Source: an uncultured Acidobacteriota bacterium | GTDB lineage: Bacteria; Acidobacteriota; UBA6911 | DNA length: 64,000 bases | Reading direction: 5' to 3' | Assembly: GCA_963809485.1 (NCBI GenBank) | Contig: CAWEJX010000021.1 | Location: forward strand, 1-64,000 | Shown here: positions 9,815 through 23,230 of the stretch, piece after piece | How positions within the stretch are numbered: the first letter of the stretch is position 1 | Layout of the letters: every line of letters begins with the position of its first letter | Translations under genes and position numbers: made by a program | The notes under the pieces: generated by a model | What the model saw: the letters and a program-made list of their open reading frames with translations, nothing else | Database searches by the model: none | What the model was told of the DNA's origin: nothing

Positions 9815-10204
9815 TTAGTGGCAGGTGCTGCAGACCTGGAAATTGTGCGCATGGTGACAGGTGGCGTAGCAGTACTCGACGTTCGCCTTGACCACCTTTT
9901 CCTTGTCCTGGATCGGCACCGGGTGCGGCGTATGGCATTCCGTGCACTCGGGAACGTCCTTTTTGTCCGCATGCGGGATGTATTTGTGCGGCGATGTTTT
10001 CTCGCCGCTGGGCGTCGCATACTGAGCGGTGTTCTCGGCCAGCTTGTCAAAAGAACCGTGGCAGGCAAGACACTTGGCTTTGTCTACTTTTGCATCTTCC
10101 TTCTTGGCGCTATCCTGAGGCGCAGCGCCGGTCGCCAGCGAGAGCGTTCCGAAAAACAATGCCAGAGCCAACACAACCATGAGCGATACAAAGCATTTCT
10201 TCAT
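9815..10204 (-). CDS. Small periplasmic multiheme cytochrome c (c3 / flavocytochrome c heme-subunit-like)
   Basis: Signal peptide; CLACH, CTECH, CYATCH (CX3CH), CSTCH and an SPH distal-His motif. Confidence 0.85.
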   Translation of the reverse strand: MKKCFVSLMVVLALALFFGTLSLATGAAPQDSAKKEDAKVDKAKCLACHGSFDKLAENTAQYATPSGEKTSPHKYIPHADKKDVPECTECHTPHPVPIQDKEKVVKANVEYCYATCHHAHNFQVCSTCH

Positions 10205-10388
10205 AGGATCCTCTTTGAGCCGCAGGCATTCTGCACCTGGCCCGCGCCCGCATAAAGATTAGGCGCTCCCGGCAGGCACTCTATGCCAAGCTAACAACCC
10301 AAGTCCCGCTGCCGGAGCGATTCAAATTTATCATATGGGACGATACGGCAAGAACGGAGAAGTTGCAGGAATTTTCCAAAATGGATTT

Positions 10389-10416
10389 GTGGATGGGCGG
10401 TTGCCCGCCCATCCAC
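10389..10416. terminator. 12-bp stem hairpin just downstream of the PFOR gene
   Basis: gtggatgggcgg-ttgc-ccgcccatccac; no clear U-tract on the minus strand. Confidence 0.45.
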
Positions 10417-10441
10417 GGTTTGCCTTCACCGCGTCGACTGT

Positions 10442-14017
<3,576 letters not shown>

Positions 14018-14387
14018 TCACCATTAAAAATGATAAAAAATTCCAGGCGCGCCGGTCCCACATCCGGACGAGCTTCCGCTTCAAACTGCACGTGATCGCC
14101 TATTTCTTTGAACAGGATTCAATCAGAACCTGCCGCGCGAAATAAACAGAATATCATACTATATCTTTTCCCTGAGCTCATTCCAGAAAAACAAGTGGAG
14201 TCGGATTCACATTAAAGTGGGTGGTGTAAAAAGGGCAGACAGGCCCAAATTTCAAGGCCGTTCAAAACATTCCTTTACTCTGCGAATGAGGGCAGATGGC
14301 TGCCCGTCGCTGATCTTCCAGGATGCTCGCAGGCGGAGTTCCGACAACCCCTGCAAAAAACCGCCCGATAAAGGCACAGCGCGGGGT

Positions 14388-15836
14388 TTATTGGGGTTTT
14401 TCCAGCGTGATGCCGCTGACAAGTTTCCGGCCCGCTTCTATCGCTTCGCGGTTGCTCTTCAGCATATTCGGCCGCATACCGCTATCCACGAATGCGGAAA
14501 GGATCGACTCCTCCTCCACTGCCCGCGTCACTTCCAGATAGGCGCCCAGCATGATCATGTTGGCCGACTTCACATTGCCCAGTTCCATCGCTGCTTCGTA
14601 TGCGGCGACACGAACCACCAGGATGTCCAGGCGATCCGGAATGTCCTTCACCATCGATGAATTAACCAGGAGCAGCCCGCCCGGCAGAATATCGGGGGCA
14701 AACTTTTCTATGGACGGCTGATTGAACGCCATCAAGGTGTGGGGACGATGGATCAGCGGCGAAGGGATGGGATCACGGGAAAGCCGCACATGGCAATGGG
14801 CAGTCCCGCCCCGCATCTCGGGCCCGTAAGACGGGATCCAGGATACCTGGAGGCCTTCCCTCAGGCCGCCTTCCGCTAGCGCAACTCCGGAGAACAGCAC
14901 CCCCTGTCCGCCGAATCCGCTCAATATCATCGAAACCCCGTCGAGTTCGCCGCGCGCGACGGCGCCTTGAAAAACCGGGGCCTGATCTTCGGGTTCGGTA
15001 AACTCGGTCCGGACGGCATCAACTTTTGAGGGCGCCGCGGTGACAGGGGAATCCGCCGCTGCAATTTTCCCATCGCGCTCCTTGAAGACCTTCAACGGGA
15101 AAATGGGGAACATGTTCTTTTCTACCCAGTGGATGGCGTCTTGCGGGGCCACTTTCCATCCGCTGGGACATGCGGTGAGAACCTCCACAAAGGAAAAGCC
15201 CCGGCCTTCTATCTGGTTTTGAAATGCCCGGCGGACCGCCTTCCTGGCCCGCATGTGGTTTTTGGCATCCGTCAGAGCGACGCGCTCAATATACACAGGG
15301 GCATCCAGGGTCGCGAGGAGCTCGCACACGCGCATGGGGGGGCCTTCACGATCCTCGGCGCGCCCTCTGGGGGTGGTCGTGGTCTTCTGCCCCAGAGGCG
15401 TTGTGGGGGCCATCTGACCGCCCGTCATGCCGTAGATGCCGTTGTTGATGAAAAAGACCGTGATGGGCTCTCCCCGGTTGGCTGCGTGGAGGATTTCATT
15501 CCCGCCTATGGCCGCCAGATCGCCGTCGCCCTGGTAGCAGAAAACGATGGCATCCGGACGCGCGCGCTTTACACCTGTGGCCACAGCAGGCGCCCGGCCG
15601 TGGGAGGCCTGGATATTGGCTACGTCCATGTAATAATACATAAAAACAGAGCATCCCACCGGGCCAACCAGAATGGTGCGGTCCTGAATGCCCAGGTCGT
15701 CGATGGCTTCCGCAATGAGTTTGTGGAGAACCCCGTGACCGCAGCCGGGACAGTAGTGCGTAGTGTCGATATTGCCGCCTTTGCGCTCGTAGCGGTCGTA
15801 AAAAGACGCAGGTTTGCTATGCTTTATTTCCCACAC
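14388..15836 (-). CDS. vorA: 2-oxoacid:ferredoxin oxidoreductase fused beta-gamma subunit (VorA-like)
   Basis: HYCPGCGHG and YQGDGDLAAIG (TPP binding), then SGFGGQGVL and PSYGPEMRGGTA (gamma domain). Confidence 0.85.
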   Translation of the reverse strand: MWEIKHSKPASFYDRYERKGGNIDTTHYCPGCGHGVLHKLIAEAIDDLGIQDRTILVGPVGCSVFMYYYMDVANIQASHGRAPAVATGVKRARPDAIVFCYQGDGDLAAIGGNEILHAANRGEPITVFFINNGIYGMTGGQMAPTTPLGQKTTTTPRGRAEDREGPPMRVCELLATLDAPVYIERVALTDAKNHMRARKAVRRAFQNQIEGRGFSFVEVLTACPSGWKVAPQDAIHWVEKNMFPIFPLKVFKERDGKIAAADSPVTAAPSKVDAVRTEFTEPEDQAPVFQGAVARGELDGVSMILSGFGGQGVLFSGVALAEGGLREGLQVSWIPSYGPEMRGGTAHCHVRLSRDPIPSPLIHRPHTLMAFNQPSIEKFAPDILPGGLLLVNSSMVKDIPDRLDILVVRVAAYEAAMELGNVKSANMIMLGAYLEVTRAVEEESILSAFVDSGMRPNMLKSNREAIEAGRKLVSGITLEKPQ

Positions 15837-16881
15837 ACTCGCTCTCCATTTTCTTAAGGGCCTGTTTTACATCCTCGGCGGTCGGCATCATGCCCCCAGT
15901 GCGCCTGAGGAGCTGAATCGGTGTAATGCCGCTTGTGGCGAGACGGACATCCTCGATCAGCTGGCCGCTGCTAAGTTCCAATACCAGTATCCCATAGGCC
16001 TTGCCTGCCAGCTGGCGGAGACGCTTCATCGGGAAAGGATACAGGCTGATCGGGCGCAGCAGTCCCACGCGTATGCCCTCGTCTCGCGCCAGCTCAACTG
16101 CTGCGCGCGCGATGCGGCTGCTGATACCGTAGGCAACGATGATGATTTCTGCGTCATCCACCATTACCTCCTGGAACATAACCTCATTCAATTCGATTTC
16201 CCGATATTTATCTTCCAGCCGCGTAATGAGAATTTCCTGTTTTTCATGTTCCAGGAATATGGATGTGATCAGGTTTTTGCGTGTGGCGGAATCACCCCTG
16301 ACCGCCCAGGGTTTCTCGGGCTGGCTCTGAATGGCGCGGGGCACCTCCACCGGCTCCATCATCTGCCCCAACGCGCCGTCAGCCAGAACATACACCGGAT
16401 TGCGATAGCGGTCCGCGACCTCGAAAGCGTGAATAGTCAGGTCGCACATCTCCTGGACACTGTTGGGAGCAAAAACGGGCGTCCGGTAATTGCCGTGGCC
16501 GCCGCCCCTGGTCAGCTGCAGGTAGTCCCCCTGCTCGACACCGAGATTCCCGAGCCCCGGTCCCGCGCGCATCACATCCACAATAACTCCGGGGAGCTCA
16601 GCGCCCGCCATGTAGGAAACCCCTTCCTGCATCAGGCTTATTCCGGGTCCCGATGATGCAGTCATCGCCCGAACTCCCGCCGATGACGCTCCAAACACCA
16701 TTTGTATGGCGCCGATTTCACTTTCAGCCGGGACGAAGATGCCTCCCGAATCGGGTAGGAGCAAGGATGCGGTTTCTGCAATCTCGCTCGCCGGTGTAAT
16801 CGGGTACCCGAAATACGCCTTGCAACCCGCCGCTAGGGCCCCCCTTACCACTGCTTCATTTCCCTTGATCAAATGGCGCAT
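15817..16881 (-). CDS. vorB: 2-oxoacid:ferredoxin oxidoreductase alpha subunit (VorB-like)
   Basis: KGNEA, FGYPITPASE, AESEI, SSGPGISL, RAGPGLG, GGGHG; GGAGG RBS before ATG 16881. Confidence 0.88.
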   Translation of the reverse strand: MRHLIKGNEAVVRGALAAGCKAYFGYPITPASEIAETASLLLPDSGGIFVPAESEIGAIQMVFGASSAGVRAMTASSGPGISLMQEGVSYMAGAELPGVIVDVMRAGPGLGNLGVEQGDYLQLTRGGGHGNYRTPVFAPNSVQEMCDLTIHAFEVADRYRNPVYVLADGALGQMMEPVEVPRAIQSQPEKPWAVRGDSATRKNLITSIFLEHEKQEILITRLEDKYREIELNEVMFQEVMVDDAEIIIVAYGISSRIARAAVELARDEGIRVGLLRPISLYPFPMKRLRQLAGKAYGILVLELSSGQLIEDVRLATSGITPIQLLRRTGGMMPTAEDVKQALKKMESECVGNKA

Positions 16882-17073
16882 CCGACGCCTCCCAGAATCC
16901 TTTGGTTTCACCGGCCGGCGTTTCAATCAACGTTGCCTGCCGCCTGTTGCGCTTATTTCTAAGAAATTTTAAATCTGCCGGGCCCGGAACGAAAATCCCG
17001 TGCAGTCATGTTCAGCCCGGAACGTCATGCGAACGCCGGAAGCTTGCGGCCGGCCCGGAATGCCTGAGCCATG

Positions 17074-17334
17074 CTACGCGGCGGGTTTATCTTTGTCTGC
17101 CTTGCGAATGCGGACCGTTATTGCAGCGGGTTCCGGGCAGACATAGAAACAGATGCCGCACCCCGTGCATCCGGATCCGTTATACGACACCGCAAAGTAT
17201 CCCAGGCGGTTAAGATAATCGCTTTGAACCAGGACCTTGGCCGGGCACGCCGCAATACAAAGAGTGCATCCTTTGCACAAATCCGCCATAATTTGAACAT
17301 CGCCGCGATCAGAGCTCCCCACGATTCCCTCCAA
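17074..17334 (-). CDS. 2x[4Fe-4S] ferredoxin (oxidoreductase delta subunit)
   Basis: [12 protein letters not shown] and [14 protein letters not shown]; first gene of the vor operon. Confidence 0.9.
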   Translation of the reverse strand: MEGIVGSSDRGDVQIMADLCKGCTLCIAACPAKVLVQSDYLNRLGYFAVSYNGSGCTGCGICFYVCPEPAAITVRIRKADKDKPAA

Positions 17335-17677
17335 TAATTGCCGATCTAACCTGTATGAGTGCCCTTTACTCTAAACCGGTTTGCCTGCCGAGGCAATATC
17401 TGCCGCAAAACAGATGCGCACGGGGACCGGGCAAATGAAGCCTGCCGGCACCGGCGTGGCTGGCCAAACCGCCGAAAGCATGCTGGATCGCATGTTCGGC
17501 AGCCGGGATGCTGCATCAGCATTTGTCCCGAAATATTTCGCTATCCTCATGTTTTCTATTAATTAAGAACAATTTTGAAGAACACATTCATAAGTGTGCC
17601 AGACGACAGCCATGCATGCAAGCCGGCGTTTGGGCGCGCGTTTCATCAAACCTTGCACGCCGACCATTGCCGTATGG

Positions 17678-17778
17678 ATCGGCGTGTGTCAGCGTTTTGT
17701 CCGTGTATGTCGGCGTTTCAATGAGATCCTGGAACTGTCAAACCCTTTGAGTCCCCCAGCAGAGCTGAGGGGTTACCA
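17678..17778. repeat. Partial copy of the IS200-like non-autonomous element at 4732-4953
   Basis: tcagcg repeats followed by ctgtcaaaccctttgagtcccccagcagagctgaggggttacc. Confidence 0.6.
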
Positions 17779-17861
17779 GTTTATTTATAGGGTTATCGAT
17801 TAGACCGCCCGGGAGAGCCAAAGCGTAGATTTGTCAGCGTTCGGCGACGATCTGTCCACTC

Positions 17862-18170
17862 CTAATCCAGATCAATATCGCGGGTAGGCTTTTTTACGGG
17901 TTCGTCCTTGCTCTTTTCCAGCGCCACTGCAAACTTGCGCTCCAGCACTTCGGACTGAATCTTCATATCTTCGGCGCTTTGCTTGAAGATGGCCTCCCGT
18001 CTGGCCGCCTGCTCCTTGAGCAGCGCGGCAGCCTGGTCCAGGTCCAGGGCGCTACGCCTCGGGGGCGGCGCTTCATGGCTCACGACTTTACTGAGCTTCG
18101 CATCGATGGTCAGGCGCGCTCCGCAGCAAGGGCACTCCACCGATATATCAATGGATTTTGGTTTGGCCAT
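17862..18170 (-). CDS. Small hypothetical protein with N-terminal CPCC motif and coiled-coil C-terminus
   Basis: GAGGAG RBS; VECPCCGARLTID...PTRDIDLD. Confidence 0.75.
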   Translation of the reverse strand: MAKPKSIDISVECPCCGARLTIDAKLSKVVSHEAPPPRRSALDLDQAAALLKEQAARREAIFKQSAEDMKIQSEVLERKFAVALEKSKDEPVKKPTRDIDLD

Positions 18171-18500
18171 AACAGCTCCTCACATCGGCATTTTTCTCCA
18201 ACGATGCTACGCGGAAGTTCCGCGGCTGTCAATCCGAGGAAGGGCCCCAAAATTCCCGCCAGGGCCTGGGCAACTCCGGCAGAAGACCGATCCCCGGTGC
18301 ATGAGCCGCGCTCAATGGCGGGGTATCCCAAGCCCGGCCGCCAACAGGCGCCAGACCCCATGTCCGGCCACTATGGTTATGAATTTCTATAAATGAATTC
18401 CGGCAAGCCTATGACGGATCCGATGTTGGACATACAGTGCACCAAGCAATTTTTCTTCTGGTTCCCTCAGCCCTTATTAGAAGTGCTAATTAGTATGGGC

Positions 18501-18530
18501 TTGACTCCGGGGCTTTTTTGGGGTTAAGTT
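18501..18530 (+). promoter_or_regulatory. Candidate sigma70 promoter for the hydrogenase/regulator operon
   Basis: TTGACT at 18501 and an AT-rich -10-like TAAGTT about 18 bp later; preceded by the palindrome ATTAG-N5-CTAAT. Confidence 0.35.
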
Positions 18531-18943
18531 TAATAGTGCGGGAATAGACGGAGCGAGCCGATAAGAAGCCTCCGGCGCGCACTATTGGACGCCGAAGAAA
18601 GGTACGATGCCTTTGCCATGGTTTGGGCATCCGTGTAGCTCCGCTGTATGCCCGCCAAGTGGAGCTTTAAAGGCGGAGAGAGGAATATCAAGGGCCAATT
18701 ACCTGACGGCTCCGTAGAATTTCTAAGTATTGAGGCATATTCGTCAGGCAGGCTTGGGCATTCGTTAGTCACAGCGAGCCTGTTGGAGCCTTGCCGTAAG
18801 CCCGTGAATCTCTATGCCCGAAATATTTGGCCGGAGATCCTGGTGTGGCCGCCCCTTCGATCGGTCCCAGGTTAGCCTTCTGCTGGCCGATTGAGGCATT
18901 CCCTCGAGGATGCTATTAGAGGATTATCAGGGGGTATTCCCGG

Positions 18944-20098
18944 ATGGCTGCCATGCCGTTATCCGCTCACGACGATACTATAATTGTAATCGACGATGAC
19001 GAGATAATCCGGCTGTCCTGCGAACAAATCCTCAAAAAGTCCGGTTACAAAGTAGAAACGTTCGGCAACGGGCAAGAAGGAATCGAGCGCCTGAAGCAGA
19101 TCAGGCCTCCGCTCCTGGTGGTAGACATCAAGATGCCGGAGCTGGACGGGTTCGAGGTCATAAGGATTGTCCGCAAGATCGATCCGTCTGTGGTGATTGT
19201 GGTGATAACGGGCTACGCAACCGTGGAAACTGCGGTGGACGCCATGAAGATGGGCGCCTACGATTTTCTGCCCAAACCCTTCACGCCCAGCGAACTCCGG
19301 ATGATCATCGAGCGCGGATTGGAAAGATGGCGCCTGGCCAGGGAAACCCAGAGGCTCCGCCGTGAGAAAGCGGAAGTCGAAAGGAAGTTCGTTACGCTGG
19401 TTTCTCACCAGCTCAAAGCACCCCTGGCTGCGGTCAAGCAGTATTTGGACGTTCTGATGTATACGTCCGGATCGAAACTTCCGGAGGAATCCGCCGAATG
19501 GATTTCACGGTCGCAGGTACGGATTGCGGAAATGCTGACCCTGATTCAGGACTGGCTGATGCTGGCAAAGCTGGACCGGAGTGCTCTCTGTGACCGCAGC
19601 GCTTCCTCCGACCTGCGGAAAATCGCAGAGGACATCGTGCAGGAGTACAGGCAACTCCCCTCGGCTGCGGGATTGCAGCTGACCGTCGACATGGAGCCGA
19701 ACCTCCCGATGGCTTGCGGCGATCCGGCCAGCCTCAGCATGGTGGTGGGCAACCTTGTGAGCAACGCGGTCAAGTACAACAGGCCGGGAGGGACGGTAAA
19801 GGTGAGCGCCGGCAGTGATGGCAAGCGGATCACCCTTGTGGTGCGCGACACGGGTATCGGAATCCCCGAAGATTTCCTTCCGCGTCTGTTCGAGGAGTTC
19901 TACCGCGTGAAGACCCCTGAAACGCAGAACATTCAGGGAACCGGGCTCGGCCTTGTCATCTGCAAAAGGATTGTGGAAGAACTGGGCGGCTCGATCGGGG
20001 TCGACAGCAAAGAGGGTGATTTTACGGCCTTCACGGTCACGCTTCCGATAGCGGAATCCGCGAAGGCAGCCGAGTATGCCGAAGCAGTCGGCAATTAG
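18944..20098 (+). CDS. Hybrid response regulator-histidine kinase (REC + HisKA + HATPase)
   Basis: IDDD...VDIKMP...KPF receiver; SHQLKAPL, NLVSNAVKY, DTGIGI, GTGLGL. Confidence 0.92.
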   Translation: MAAMPLSAHDDTIIVIDDDEIIRLSCEQILKKSGYKVETFGNGQEGIERLKQIRPPLLVVDIKMPELDGFEVIRIVRKIDPSVVIVVITGYATVETAVDAMKMGAYDFLPKPFTPSELRMIIERGLERWRLARETQRLRREKAEVERKFVTLVSHQLKAPLAAVKQYLDVLMYTSGSKLPEESAEWISRSQVRIAEMLTLIQDWLMLAKLDRSALCDRSASSDLRKIAEDIVQEYRQLPSAAGLQLTVDMEPNLPMACGDPASLSMVVGNLVSNAVKYNRPGGTVKVSAGSDGKRITLVVRDTGIGIPEDFLPRLFEEFYRVKTPETQNIQGTGLGLVICKRIVEELGGSIGVDSKEGDFTAFTVTLPIAESAKAAEYAEAVGN

Positions 20099-20133
20099 CA
20101 CATTATTGATAGAGTATATTTCTGGTGAAAACA

Positions 20134-20568
20134 ATGAGCGAATCCAAATCAGTACTGATCATCGACGATGACATGGATTATGTGAAGGCCATTCAGACCC
20201 TTCTGGAGTCTTCCGGCTACAAGGTCCGCAGTGCGTCCAACGGCCGCGACGGGATTCAGATGGCGAAGAATGCCCCTCCGGATCTGATCCTCCTCGATGT
20301 CATGATGAGCGAAAGGACCGAGGGATTTTTCGTATTGCAGGAATTGCGCCGGATTCCGGCCTTGAGTCAGACTCCTGTGATTGTCTTGTCCAGCATCTAT
20401 TCGGAGGAGCCTGTGTTCCGGGTCGATCCTGAAGCGGGATGGCTTCCGGCCAACCTGTTTTTGGCGAAGCCCGTTGATCCGTCGCGCCTGCTGTCGGAGG
20501 CGATGCGGTTGACGAGCGCGCCTGTTTCAGACAAGAGCCCGGCCGGCCAGGCAGGAGGTAGTTTATGA
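20134..20568 (+). CDS. Single-domain response regulator
   Basis: IIDDD, ILLDVMM, VLSS, AKPV. Confidence 0.9.
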   Translation: MSESKSVLIIDDDMDYVKAIQTLLESSGYKVRSASNGRDGIQMAKNAPPDLILLDVMMSERTEGFFVLQELRRIPALSQTPVIVLSSIYSEEPVFRVDPEAGWLPANLFLAKPVDPSRLLSEAMRLTSAPVSDKSPAGQAGGSL

Positions 20569-21620
20569 AGATATTGAAGATGGCAAAGGAAAACCTGGAC
20601 CTTTTCGTGTCGGTCCTGCCGGCCTTCGGCGAGGTCTACGCCCCTGTAAAGCGTGGAAAGGGTTATGTCTTTGACCGTCCGTCCAAGTGGTCGGAAGTTC
20701 AGATGCAATACACCCGCACCATGTTGCCGCCCAAAAAGCTGATACTCCCACCGCGGGAAACCACGTTTGCCTTCGACCCCGAAAAGGGGTATCAGGACAG
20801 GCTGGCGGAAGCCTCAAACCCGATGGTTCTGTTCGGGGTTCATGCCTATGACATTTACGGTCTGAATATCCTCGACCGCGTTTTCGCCCAGTCCAAATAC
20901 CCGGATCCATATTACATCGCCCGCAGGAAGAATACGGCCGTCATCGGCGTGGACTTTGTGCCGGACGAAAAGCATCTTGCCAGCTCCATGAACGCGGACT
21001 TCGTAGACAGCGGTTTCGACCTGTTCCTTAGCGACCTTGGAAACGACTATCTGGTCCTGGTGGGCACCAGCAGGGGCGACGACATGGTCGTCATGAGCCA
21101 TTGCCTCATGCAGACCCCGACGGATGCTGATTTCGAGGAGTACAAGAGAAGGTCCAGGGCCAGGCGCGATGCGTATAAAGTCCACCTGGATCTGGAAGAC
21201 CTGCCCGAGATCCTCGAGATGGAGTACCACAGCTCCGTCTGGGACGAACTGGGCGAGCGCTGCCTGTCCTGCGGCTCCTGCAGCATGGTATGTCCCACCT
21301 GCTACTGTTTCGACGTCAATGACGAAGTGGAGTTCGGAAGCCGCAAGGGCCAGAGAATCCGCTCCTGGGATTCCTGTTTGCTCAGGACGCACGCCCTTGT
21401 CGCAGGCGGGGAAAATTTCCGCGAGGAGCGTTCCTCGAGAGTGAAGTTCCGCTATTATCACAAGCAGCGAGGCTTTGTCGCAGAATACGGCCGGCCCAGC
21501 TGCGTCGGCTGCGGCCGGTGCGTTGACGTTTGCCCGGCCGAAATCAATATAATTTCTGTCATTCAAGCTATTCGAGGTGAGCAAGATGGAGTTGCAAGCA
21601 GCGTCCCCGCGTCCTCTTGA
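20565..21620 (+). CDS. hydB: Group 3b NiFe hydrogenase (sulfhydrogenase) beta subunit, Fe-S
   Basis: PPKK, FGVHAYD, GFDLFL, CLSCGSCSMVCPTCYCF, CVGCGRCVDVCP. Confidence 0.88.
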   Translation: MKILKMAKENLDLFVSVLPAFGEVYAPVKRGKGYVFDRPSKWSEVQMQYTRTMLPPKKLILPPRETTFAFDPEKGYQDRLAEASNPMVLFGVHAYDIYGLNILDRVFAQSKYPDPYYIARRKNTAVIGVDFVPDEKHLASSMNADFVDSGFDLFLSDLGNDYLVLVGTSRGDDMVVMSHCLMQTPTDADFEEYKRRSRARRDAYKVHLDLEDLPEILEMEYHSSVWDELGERCLSCGSCSMVCPTCYCFDVNDEVEFGSRKGQRIRSWDSCLLRTHALVAGGENFREERSSRVKFRYYHKQRGFVAEYGRPSCVGCGRCVDVCPAEINIISVIQAIRGEQDGVASSVPASS

Positions 21621-22455
21621 TCGTTTGGAAAACCCGTATCTGCCCCATATGGCCCGGATCGTCCGCATACACCGGATGGTACCGGATAACTACCTGTTCC
21701 AGCTGCGCTTTCAGGATGATGCTCTCGTCCAGAAATGGGAGCACCGGCCCGGTCAGTTTGTAGAGCTTTCCGTCATAGGAACCGGAGAGGCGCCCATCTC
21801 GATCTCCTCATCGCCGACGCGCAAGGGAATTCTCGAATTGTGCATACGGCGTGCGGGCAGAGTGACGTCCGCCCTTTACCGCCTGCCGACCAATTCCATG
21901 GTTGGCATACGGGGCCCTTATGGAAACGGCTTCCCGGTGGAAGACATGGCAGGTCAGGATCTGCTGATCATCGCCGGCGGCCTCGGCATGGCGCCGCTCC
22001 GGTCGCTGCTCTGGTACGCGCTGGACAACCGGGAGAAATTCGGAACGGTGACTCTGATGTACGGGGCGCGCAGCCCGGCGGAGATGCTCTTCCGCGAGGA
22101 ACTTCTGTCGCTGGCGGAAGTCGAGGACTTCAACTGCCTGCTGACCGTCGACCGGGACCCCACGGGAACCTGGAAGCAGAACGTGGGACTGCTGCCCTCG
22201 CTGTTCCAGAAGATGACTTTCGATCCGAGCAAAACCTACGCAGCCGTGGTCGGCCCTCCGATCGTGTACAAATTCGTCCTGGCTGAACTGCTCAAGCTCA
22301 ACTTCCGCAAGGACCGCATCCTGATGAGCCTGGAGCGCCGCATGAAGTGCGGCGTCGGCAAGTGCGGCCACTGCAGTGTCGGCTACAAATACACCTGCAT
22401 CCATGGTCCGGTGTTCACGTACTGGGATGCGATCAACCTTCCGGAAATTGTATGA
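21586..22455 (+). CDS. hydG: Group 3b hydrogenase gamma subunit (FAD/NAD(P)-binding, 2Fe-2S)
   Basis: PGQF, GEAPISISS, RGPYGNGF, AGGLGMAPLRS, SLERRMKCGVGKCGHC...C. Confidence 0.9.
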   Translation: MELQAASPRPLDRLENPYLPHMARIVRIHRMVPDNYLFQLRFQDDALVQKWEHRPGQFVELSVIGTGEAPISISSSPTRKGILELCIRRAGRVTSALYRLPTNSMVGIRGPYGNGFPVEDMAGQDLLIIAGGLGMAPLRSLLWYALDNREKFGTVTLMYGARSPAEMLFREELLSLAEVEDFNCLLTVDRDPTGTWKQNVGLLPSLFQKMTFDPSKTYAAVVGPPIVYKFVLAELLKLNFRKDRILMSLERRMKCGVGKCGHCSVGYKYTCIHGPVFTYWDAINLPEIV

Positions 22456-22463
22456 GGTGACCT

Positions 22464-23228
22464 GTGAAACCCAAAATTGGAATTTACGGATTTAGCGGCT
22501 GTTGGGGCGAACAGATCGTTATCCTGAATTGTGAAGACCAGCTGATGGATCTATTCGGAGCGGTCGACATCGTGGACTTTCTGGGCGGGTCCTCCGTCAA
22601 CGACACGGAGAGCCGGCTCCTTATCGCCTTCGTCGAAGGGTCGGTGGCCAACGCGCGCGAAGAAGCCTCGCTCAAGCGTGTCCGCGAGCGGTCCGATCTT
22701 CTCGTAGCCTGCGGAAGCTGCGCCTGCTTCGGCGGAGTCGCCGCCCTGGACGCCCGGGCTCCCCGGACGGAAGTGATTCAGCAGGTTTACGGCAAAAACG
22801 GCCCGGCGGAGTCCTGGGACATCGCTCCCCACCGGCCCCTTTCCGATTTCGTGAAGGTGGATCTGAACATACCGGGTTGCCCTATCGAAAAAACGGAGTT
22901 TCTGAACGCCGTTGCCAGCCTGCTGAACGGGGATATGCCGACTCTGCCCGCCTATCCGGTATGCCTCGAGTGCAAGATGCTGGAGAACGAGTGCCTTCTT
23001 GTAAAGCGCGGATTGCCCTGTGCCGGTCCCGTCACAGTTGCCGGGTGCGGAGCCCGTTGCCCGAGCTACAATATAGCCTGCATCGGCTGCCGCGGACCCA
23101 TTGACGAAGCCAACATGGGCTCGATCACAAAAATCCTGGAACAAAAAGAATTCAGTAAGGACGAAATCAGGCGCAAACTCCGAACGTTCGCTGCTCCGGT
23201 TTTGGACAGGACTGAGAAAAGAGGATAG
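22464..23228 (+). CDS. hydD: Group 3b hydrogenase small (delta) subunit
   Basis: FVEGSV, ACGSCACFGG, IPGCP, VCLECK, CAGPVT..GCGARCP, CIGCRGP. Confidence 0.9.
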   Translation: MKPKIGIYGFSGCWGEQIVILNCEDQLMDLFGAVDIVDFLGGSSVNDTESRLLIAFVEGSVANAREEASLKRVRERSDLLVACGSCACFGGVAALDARAPRTEVIQQVYGKNGPAESWDIAPHRPLSDFVKVDLNIPGCPIEKTEFLNAVASLLNGDMPTLPAYPVCLECKMLENECLLVKRGLPCAGPVTVAGCGARCPSYNIACIGCRGPIDEANMGSITKILEQKEFSKDEIRRKLRTFAAPVLDRTEKRG

Positions 23229-23230
23229 CA

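Noticed and set aside
14388-15836. Beta-gamma fusion as a novelty
   Set aside because: This is the known VorA-type architecture.
18532-18915. tmRNA, RNase P RNA, or a cobalamin or NiCo riboswitch
   Set aside because: I could not find their hallmark conserved sequences; kept only as an unknown structured leader.
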